From: Eledone cirrhosa
Taxonomy: Eukaryota
Length of the DNA: 64,000 bases
Direction of reading: 5' to 3'
Assembly (NCBI GenBank): GCA_964016885.1
Contig: OZ024750.1
Span: 3,472,001 to 3,536,000, forward strand
The notes under the pieces are model-generated. The model worked only from the letters and a program-made list of their open reading frames with translations. It had not been told where the DNA came from and searched no databases. Of this stretch, positions 43,716 through 52,870 are shown in pieces (the first letter of the stretch is position 1; each line of letters begins with the position of its first letter). The position numbers were made by a program, and so were the translations under genes.

Positions 43716-43926
43716 GAAGGAATTGTGGTAAGGAACCAGATGGACCATAATGCACCAGAGTACTCAATACTTAGGATAGTAGAGTGGGAAATAGGAAAAA
43801 GTATGACCCCGACGGCAGAGCTCAAGCTGTTTCAATGGCTATTTCTGGACTAAATAGTTAAATTTAGTCCAGAAACAGCCTTCGAAACGGCTTGAGCTCT
43901 GCCGTCGGGGTCATACTTTTTCCTAT
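43711..43926 (-). mobile_element. Fold-back element, third copy
   Basis: Tail 43711-43790, hairpin with ~65-bp arms at 43791-43926, (TA)n on both sides. Confidence 0.8.
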
Positions 43927-44182
43927 ATATATATATAGATTATACCCATTGTGCTTACCTTCTGCACTTAACTCTCCTTAAATATTAACCCCACTATAAT
44001 ATTTAACATTCCATCTCTAAGTATCAAGCACGCTGAAGGCATCTAATATATTATACTTCATTCTCATCTATTCTTATGACATATGTCTCTTACTTTCATA
44101 TATATATATATATATATATATTTATTATATATATAATGATGATGATGATGATAATGATGATGATATATATGTCTGTTGCTTT

Positions 44183-44223
<41 letters not shown>

Positions 44224-44323
44224 CTGTTGCTTTGAGATATATATATATATGTCTTACTTTGAGATATATATATATATATATATCTTACATTGATATATAT
44301 ATATATATATATGTCTCTTACAT

Positions 44324-44367
<44 letters not shown>

Positions 44368-44378
44368 CTCTTACATTG

Positions 44379-44409
<31 letters not shown>

Positions 44410-44452
44410 TCTTACATTGATATATATATATATATCTTATATATATATATAT

Positions 44453-44504
<52 letters not shown>

Positions 44505-44595
44505 TATATAAATAAATATATATAAATATATATATGTACATATATATATATATATATATATAAATATATATAAATAATTATATATAAATAATTAT

Positions 44596-44626
<31 letters not shown>

Positions 44627-44729
44627 TATATACATATATATACACATATATATACATATATATATATACATATATATATACATATATATATACATATATA
44701 TATACATATATATATACATATATATATAC

Positions 44730-44769
<40 letters not shown>

Positions 44770-45231
44770 ATATACATATACATATATATATACATATATA
44801 TATACATATATATACATATTTATATATACATATATATACATATTTATATATACATATATATATATGTATACATATATTATATATATATATTTCACCCTGT
44901 GTGTGTTAGGAAGTAATATATTATATTTCCTATAGAATTGATGATAAATCACATAAGTTCATTACTACAAGATGTAGCACTTGGTTCACTTAAATATAAG
45001 TTTACAAACTATTTCAAACGTGTTTGCACAATGTGCATATGCTGGTGTTTCCTGTCTTAATGAAAGGTGTACATCTACAGTTACAACATATAGCCTAGAT
45101 TCTTTACAAAATATATAAAATGCTATATGACTTAATAAGCGATCAGATAAAGGTGAGATAAATATTGTACAGGTAACACAGAGAAGAAATGTATTATTTG
45201 AGAGTTAGTATGTGAGTCCATGTCTATTATG

Positions 45232-45316
<85 letters not shown>

Positions 45317-45416
45317 GTAATAATAATAAATTTGAAGACTAAAATCCAAACAGGGCTCGATAAGGATATATATATATCAAATATATAAGAACCGTAGAGC
45401 AAATATTGGTTAGTTT

Positions 45417-45479
45417 CAGAAGATCCCGTTAAGGGTGAAAGCAGCGATTCCTTGCTTAAACTTTAATCTGTTATTTTAA
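45417..45479 (+). repeat. Short (TA)n-associated dispersed repeat; second copy inverted at 9019-9078
   Basis: AAGATCCCGTTAAGGGTGAAAGCAG...TTTAATCTGTTATTTTAA is near-identical at both sites. Confidence 0.7.
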
Positions 45480-45529
45480 TAAATATATACAGATGTGAGA
45501 AAAACCACAGACCCTCCATCTCAACTCTA

Positions 45530-45565
45530 CTTTTGAAAAGCAGAAGAACTGCGAAACCGGTAAAG
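45530..45565 (+). ncRNA. Minimal type I hammerhead ribozyme motif, U3:A8 core variant
   Basis: CUU-UUGAAAA-GCAG(AAGAA)CUGC-GAAA-CCGG-UA^AAG: 4-bp stem II, palindromic ACCGGU stem III, 3-bp stem I, and C3/G8 replaced by complementary U3/A8. Confidence 0.6.
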
Positions 45566-45949
45566 GAACCAAATAAATATTTATATTTTTTTTAAATAAG
45601 ACTCCAGTTGCATTTTCGATTTCATCTTTTTTTCTATATATATAAAATTAAATGTGTGTGTGTATGTGTGTATATATGTATTCATCTATGTATGTGTGTA
45701 TGTATGTATATATGTGTGTGTATGTGTGTTTATATGTATGCATGTAAGTATGCATGCATCTATGTATGTATATATGTATGCATGCATCTATGTATGCATC
45801 TATGCATACATAGATACATGCCAGTGGGACTGGCTTTATGCAGTGCCTTTGCTCACTATAAAAGCTTCACGGCACAGGCATTGCTTTATATCTGGAGATC
45901 TCTCTGCACTTGTCGTCACACGGTACCATGGGCCCAGCACTATGTGTCA

Positions 45950-46096
45950 ATAATTGTCACAAGTGTAGTGTTTGTACCAGAGTTTTCAAGTCACTGGCTG
46001 GACTAAAAAGTCACACTCGTTCAGTGCATCGGTAGAGGTTCTCCTACATGGATATAAAGTAGTGGCCGTACTCGAAAACGAGTTGGCAGCCACCAT
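45950..46096 (+). mobile_element. 3' end of an RTE-BovB-type LINE with C-terminal C2H2 finger
   Basis: CSVCTRVFKSLAGLKSHTRSVHR* (45964-46035), then GGCCGTACTCGAAAACGAGTTGGCAGCCACCAT. Confidence 0.65.
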
Positions 46097-47082
46097 ATAT
46101 ATATATGTATGCATGCATTTATGTATGTATATATGTATGTATGTATATATGTATGTATGTATATATGTATGCATGCATCTATGTATGCATGCATCTATGT
46201 ATGCATCTATGTATATGTGTATGTATATACGTATGGATGTAAGTGTGTGTGTATATATGCATGCATGTAAGTATTATGCATGGATGTAAGTGTGTAGATA
46301 TGTATGCATGTAAGTATGTATACATGCATCTATGTATGGATGTGTGTATGTATGTATATATGTATGGATGTATGGATGTGTGTATGTATGTATATACATG
46401 TATGGATGTAAGTATGTGTGTATATATGTATGGATGTAAGTATGTATGTGTGTTCTTCTCGTTTTACAATTTTATATATTTTACCAACAGAGAGACAGTC
46501 GGTTTCTAACATAGACACAAAACTCTTTCATTGGAATTTAGACATCATTAACTAGGTAGATATGTCTACATGGGTGTGTGTGTGTGTAGATGTGTGTGTA
46601 TGTGCATGTTTTGTATCTGTACATGTACACATGCAGTTATTACATGCAGAATTATATATATATACATAAATATATGTATGTATATATATGCATGTATATA
46701 TATATGTATGTATGTATGTATGTATATATATATGCATGTATATATATATATGTGTGTGTATGTATGTATGTATGCATGTATATATATATGTGTATGTATG
46801 TATGTACATGTCTTTTTTTCATTGGATATTTACAGTATTTCAGTGACTATCACTAATGGTTGGCTGTTGTTTTTTCTCTGCCTTCATTTTTTTAATGCCC
46901 ATTCCAACTAATTTCAATAATTGGTCCTTCTCTGGAATCTACATCAAGTAGGACCCCACCTCTCTCTCTCTCTCTCTCCTTACCAAGTTCTCTTTCTCTC
47001 TCTCCCCTTATGTTCTCTCTCTCTTTTCTCTCTCTCCTTCTATTTCACACCTTATCTCCTTTTCTCTCTCTCTCCTTATTAT

Positions 47083-47132
<50 letters not shown>

Positions 47133-47137
47133 TACCA

Positions 47138-47168
<31 letters not shown>

Positions 47169-47499
47169 CTTACCACGTTCTCTCTCTCCCCCTCTCTCTC
47201 CTTTTCAAGCAGGAGAGAGCAGTGTATATATATCTCTATTAGTGGCTGTGTATTATCTGTAGGGGTATGTGTGTGTGTGTGTATATGTGTGTTTATGTTT
47301 GGGTATGTAGTGTGTGTGTATGTGTGTTTATGTTTGGGTATGTGTGTGTGTGTGTGTATATGTGTTTATGTTTGGGTATGTGTGTGTGTGTGTGTATATG
47401 TGTTTATGTTTGGGTATGTGTGTGTGTGTTGAAATATTCATGTAAAATCCACGAAAGAGCAGTGACCAAGGTTTTGTGTGTGTTTATGTTTGGGTGTGT

Positions 47500-47863
47500 C
47501 TGTGTGTATGTGTGTGTCCATCTGTGTGTATGTGTGTGTCCATCTGTGTGTATGTGTGTGTCCATCTGTGTGTATGTGTGTGTCCATCTGTGTGTATGTG
47601 TGTGTCCATCTGTGTGTATGTGTGTGTCCATCTGTGTGTATGTGTGTGTCCATCTGTGTGTATGTGTGTGTCCATCTGTGTGTATGTGTGTGTCCATCTG
47701 TGTGTATGTGTGTGTCCATCTGTGTGTATGTGTGTGTCCATCTGTGTGTATGTGTGTGTCCATCTGTGTGTATGTGTGTGTCCATCTGTGTGTATGTGTG
47801 TGTCCATCTGTGTGTATGTGTGTGTCCATCTGTGTGTATGTGTGTGTCCATCTGTGTGTATGT
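47500..47863. repeat. 22-bp minisatellite x16
   Basis: CCATCTGTGTGTATGTGTGTGT perfect units. Confidence 0.95.
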
Positions 47864-48389
47864 AACTTGCTTCTATTATTAAAAGTGAGGATTAATCTGG
47901 GTGCCAATTATTAGGTATATTTTCAATAGCTCTATACTAATTAGCTATTATACTGCTATTGTTTTGCAATCTAATTACATCATAATACCAATGATACAGA
48001 ATACAGATCTATAGTTAATGATTTTCAAATTCGTTAATTACCAAAATTAAAGCTGAAGTTATGATTTTTTTTTAATACTCAGCATATATAAACGGGGGGG
48101 GGTGAGATGAGAGAAGTGGGGTGAGGAAGAATATATATTGAAATGTAATACTTATAGAGTGAAATAAATAGATTAACTTTCATAATGAAGATGGTGATGA
48201 TATTTATGACATTACTCCAAACATCTGTAGAGAAGGTAATCAGAATTATTCCCCTTACACCTTGCTGACACTCTTGTGAAGGTGATGAAGTTTTATTTGG
48301 AATATTAACCCTCTTTTTTATGGGAAGTGGATTGCCAGTACCGGTGGAGCGTCAGACATGTTTTATGGCATAGAGTTATGGCCCTTTAA

Positions 48390-48963
48390 AACTTTTTTTC
48401 ATGCCCAGAGTTGCTGAAGCATGGAACAAACTACCTGCATCAGTTGTTAGCTGTCGAGATACTGCATCCTTTAAAACCTCCATGGAATAAACTACCTTCA
48501 TCAGTTGTTAGTTGTCGGGACACTGCATCCCTTAAAACCTCAATGGAACAAACTACCTGCATCAGTTATTAGCTGTCGAGACACTGCATCCTTTAAAACC
48601 TCCATGGAATAAACTACCTTCATCAGTTGTTAGTTGTCGGGACACTGCATCCCTTAAAACCTCAATGGAACAAACTACCTGCATCAGTTATTAGCTGTCG
48701 AGACACTGCATCCTTTAAAACCTCCATGGAACACACTACCTGCATCAGTTGTTAGCTGTCAGGACACTGCATCCCTTAAAACCTCCATGCTTCCTGAAAT
48801 TCACCAACACTATACCTGATATCCCACCTCCATACACACGCACACATGTATTTCATGACTCAAATACTGTTCATTTCCTGACATTTGAACATTATTCTAT
48901 GTACTATACATGCACCTTTGACGAGTTGTAGTGCACCTGAGCACTGTACACAATAATTTCATT
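48390..48963 (+). mobile_element. CR1/L2-group LINE 3' end with an internal 61-bp tandem amplification
   Basis: FFMPRVAEAWNKLPASVVSCRDTASFK motif; the 3' UTR recurs inverted at 23300-23380. Confidence 0.75.
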
Positions 48964-48965
48964 CA

Positions 48966-49155
48966 GGCGGTGGATTGTGAGTATCGGTAGAGGGTCGGAC
49001 GCCATGCTTTCCAGCATAGTTACGTCCCTTTATGATCTGAGTTCAAATCCCGCCGAGGTTGACTTTGCCTTTCATCCTTACGGGGTCGATAAAATAAAGT
49101 ACCAGTAATGCACTGGGTGATTGCTGGCCTTGTGCCTAAAGTAGAAACAATTATT
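48966..49155 (+). mobile_element. tRNA-derived SINE, full length, short-tail form
   Basis: Same family; near-identical to 61370-61557. Confidence 0.9.
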
Positions 49156-49276
49156 TTACGATCTGAGTTCAAATCCTGCCGAAGTTAGTTTTGCTTGACT
49201 GAATCGTTGTTCTTAATTCAAATACTGCAGCAGTTGACTTTTACTCTAGTTTATATATGACATGTCAGTGAGAAGG

Positions 49277-49453
49277 GGCAGACATGACTGTGTTGTTAGG
49301 GTGTCTCATTTGTAATCATGTGGTTCTCGGTTCAGTCCCACATCATGGCACATCGAGCAAGTGTCTTCTACAATAGCCTCGAGGAGTTGCACAATGCTTT
49401 GAGAGCGAAATTTGGTAAATGGAAACTACAGAAACCTGTCGTATACACACATA

Positions 49454-49514
<61 letters not shown>

Positions 49515-49670
49515 ACGTTCCGGAACCGAGCAAATCTACAAACAAAAGGGAATCGATAAAATAAACACCAAACTCGGAAAAATATGAACAGGGAGTCAAT
49601 ATAATTTACTAAATCAAGGTGGTGCCTTAGCATGATAACAGTCTGATGACTGAAAGTAGTAGAACAATAA
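49277..49670 (+). mobile_element. Second tRNA-derived SINE family with internal (TG)n; relics at 32263-32390 and ~63335
   Basis: GGTTCAGTCCCAC B-box, GCAAGTGTCTTCTAC core, 3' GGTGGTGCC..GCATG..GACTGAAA. Confidence 0.6.
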
Positions 49671-51430
49671 GAGTGTTCAGGTGACCATGACCTTTGTAGG
49701 CTGTTCCAAACGGAGGAGGAGGTCAACTTTTTGTTCCGTCAATCATCTGTTACACAAGCGTGGAACAACGGACGTAAAATAATGACGATGATGATGATGA
49801 TGATGATAAATAGAAAGTAGAACAAATTATATAATATTTCAAGTAAAGCTTTCATCACTTCCATAAGAAATCTACAAGGTCTAAGGGGAGTAATTCTAGA
49901 GTAATATCATGGTTGTCGTAACAAACTTCATTTCTGAGTTCAAGTCCTGCTGAACTTTGCCTTTCATCCTTACGGGGTCGATAAAATAAAGTACCAGTAA
50001 TGCACTGGGTAATTGCTGGCCTTGTGCCAAACGTAGAAACAATTATCATTACTATCATAAGGGCGGAGGGTGGGCAGTATCGTTAGAGAGTTGAATCTGT
50101 GGTTATAGTAAAAGACCCATAATACCATACAGCAGCAGTCCCCAACCTTTTTGGTTGACCTGTGGTATTAAAAAGTACACGGCAAGTGGAGAGATGCTGA
50201 GAAGGACCTGTCCAACCCATGCAAGCGTGGAAAAACAGGCATAAAAACGATGATGATGATGATGAACACACATTATCTGCTTAAAGTTTAGAGAACACTT
50301 TGGCACAATGACAGCAATTACCCAGTGCATAAAGTACCAGTAATGCACTGGTTAATTGCTGGCCTTGTGCCAAAAGTAGAAACAATTACCTGCTTAAAGT
50401 GTTCTGTAAAGTTATATTTCATCTAATTTAACATTTTTTTTTGTTTTTTTGTTATTTTATTTTATTATTTTATGCAAGCAAATCTTAATCAGTATCTACT
50501 TGCAAATACTTATCAAAATATTATCAACCAACAGCTGGAAGTTGTGCCTCAAAAGTACGTATGGTTTATGGGAATTAAACTACTGATTTCCATATGGACA
50601 TTAATAGGTCTCAGGTTATTGAGACTAATGTGATGGCACAGTGGTTAGGGTTATAAATTACTCTTGTGTTTAATCTTTGTAATTCTTCCTGCACTGTACT
50701 CATCAGTGCAAATGAGTTGGGGTTGGGGTTTTTTTTTTTGGGGGGGGGGTCGCATCTTGAGTTCTAAAAGAACAACAAAATCGAGATGTTTTTATTTCAA
50801 TGTATTATTGCTTGCTTATATGTGTGTATTAAACAATGAAAATAAAGCAAAAGTCGAAGATATGTTCTTAATTAGTTCATTGTTTTACAATCATTTCAGA
50901 GGGTTGATTGATCATGATAAATCGATATGTTGTCTAATAGATCGTGGATTTGTCACCACTTATTTCTAGTCTCAATATCCTAGGTCAATCTCACCGTCTT
51001 CCCCAAACAAGTGTATACCAGTATACATAAGAATGAACTAAAATAAAATTATTTCTGTCACATTACACCTTAAATAGCTCCAATACTATATAAAAGCTAA
51101 AAAGTAAAATTTTGTATAGCGTCATTTTTTTTTTTTTAATTATATTTAGGTGTAAAAATTGATTACGTTGCACGAATGAATCGGAAGAGTTTTATCAAAC
51201 ATCAATCCAAGGGAAATAACTCTTATTTACTAAAGGAGTCGATTTCTTTTCAAAATAGTGTTTTGACAATATACAATAAATCTACTAGGTTTTATTCTCT
51301 TAAAATGAAAACTTCTTCATTTTCTGAACAGAGAATATTTTTAGAATCTAGTTTTGTCTTTTTTCAATTTTGCTTTTTGTTTTAGTTTTTGTTTGTTTTA
51401 CTTGAAGCAGTATTAACTTTAGACCGTCAA

Positions 51431-51535
51431 TCAGTTATCAGTTATCAGTTATCAGTTATAAGTCACCGTTATCAGTTCCCCAGTTACGTCCCTTGATATC
51501 ACAACTTTTTTTTTTGCAAAGTAACACTTGTTTAC
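51431..51535 (+). promoter_or_regulatory. Putative catalase core promoter/5' region: (TCAGTTA)x4 Inr/GATA-like array and TTGTTTAC FOXO-type site
   Basis: TCAGTT at 51431, 51438, 51445, 51452 and 51472; TTGTTTAC at 51528-51535; 80-185 nt upstream of the ATG in locally CpG-richer sequence. The TSS cannot be determined from sequence. Confidence 0.4.
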
Positions 51536-51614
51536 AATTTGCGAAGTCGTGAACTTCGATTAGCAGCTAGCTACTGTCCACAACAAACAGAAGCATCCAT
51601 CGAAATTAATAATC

Positions 51615-51671
51615 ATGGCCAACCGAGATAACGTTGCCGATCAACTTAAGCAATACAAGAATGAACATCCG
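51615..51671 (+). CDS. CAT: Catalase coding exon 1 (MANRDNVADQLKQYKNEHP)
   Basis: ATG in AATCATGG context; 57 nt, then GTAAAT donor (phase 0). The peptide resembles the animal catalase N-terminus (MADSRDPASDQMQHWKEQ) and joins exon 2 in frame. Confidence 0.85.
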
Positions 51672-52306
51672 GTAAATATATATATAATATATCTAGTAAA
51701 TTAATTCTTTTGAAGTTTTGTCTTCGTTATTTCTTGATAAGTCTTTATGGGAGTCATTTGATATGATAATGTGAACTAGGTTAGGACAAATGTAACGCCT
51801 CCTCTTCTGTCTCTCGGGATTGATGTTGTAGTTTAATCACAGGGACAATCCTTATGAAGCAGATTTATAATATAATTAAAGAAAGGTGTTCCGGCCGTGA
51901 ACGTCCCATTGTTTTGTATATCAGAGCTATTTTGTCCATTACAGGGACGAGGGGTGAGATACGGTCGAAGATCATGTAGACACCCCCTCATTAGCTTACA
52001 TCTCCTAAGTTAGTCATTATAAGTCAAATTACTCGACGACAGTACCTGATCATTTACATGCAATGCTGTCCGAAGTATCGTCATGTTTTCTATCTAAATA
52101 CCATTTAAGGTTTTTACCACGAAAGAGATAATGGCGAATACAAAATATTTTAAAACTATTTTGTTACCGTATTTCTAATGAAATACACTACCTAGAGGTA
52201 ATAAAGTAATTTTGAAAATAATAAAATATCGGAATAAATTTAATTAAATAAGTAACAATTTCATTAGTAAATTTGTAGTAACATTATTTAGCAAAAAATT
52301 CATTAA

Positions 52307-52454
52307 CCCTTTCGTTACCATATTTCTTATGAAATACATTGTATTTGAATTAATTAATAAAGAGGTGGTATTTGTAGCATAATTTAACGAAAGGATTCTT
52401 ATATCAAATTATATCAGAAGATTTAAATATAAATAGGAATCTTTATTGAAAGGG
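52307..52454. mobile_element. Second TTAA-flanked MITE family
   Basis: TTAA-CCCTTTC ... GAAAGGG-TTAA. Confidence 0.55.
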
Positions 52455-52627
52455 TTAAAAATATTATGATGGAAGCTTTTACTATTATATCAGTAGGTTA
52501 CTGGTGTTTTATTTTATCAACCCCGTAAGAATGAAAGGCAACCCACTGCCCTTTAACCATAATAATTATTAACCATGATAATACACCATGTGTGTCTGTA
52601 TATATGTGTTATGTGTGTGTGTGTGTG

Positions 52628-52828
52628 AAAGGTAAACAGAAATAACAACACAAACAGTACAGTATATGGAAGGAATATATTAGTTTAACGCTTGAAATAG
52701 CAGGAAAGGGCGGTCTTAACGTTTCGGACGCTAGTCCTTCATCAGAAGAAAGAATGAGAAATTAGAAATATTGAAGGGATAGGCAGGGTGGAATCGAAAA
52801 CAATGTTTTTAGAGAAAAATAGGTCCAT

Positions 52829-52830
<2 letters not shown>
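52628..52830 (-). mobile_element. Hammerhead-bearing short element (Penelope-like pseudo-LTR fragment)
   Basis: Lies between (TG)n and (AT)n; its 90-nt 3' part recurs at 56810-56898. Confidence 0.55.
52714..52749 (-). ncRNA. Minimal type I hammerhead ribozyme motif (Penelope-like element type)
   Basis: Minus strand reads UCUU-CUGAUGA-A-GGAC(UAGC)GUCC-GAAA-CG-UU^AAGA: intact core, 4-bp stem II, palindromic ACGU stem III, 4-bp stem I. Confidence 0.75.

Positions 52831-52868
<38 letters not shown>

Positions 52869-52870
<2 letters not shown>

Noticed and set aside
45417-45455. CAGAAGA-TCCC(GTTAA)GGGT-GAAAGC as a third intact hammerhead
   Set aside because: U4 is changed and there is no UH triplet or stem I pairing; kept only as a dispersed repeat and possible degenerate relative.
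48966-49055. tRNA genes at the A/B-box matches
   Set aside because: Box spacing is extended, there is no cloverleaf, and each continues into the SINE core.
51087-51096. TATATAAAAG as the catalase TATA box
   Set aside because: About 340 nt from the Inr-like array and expected by chance in AT-rich DNA.
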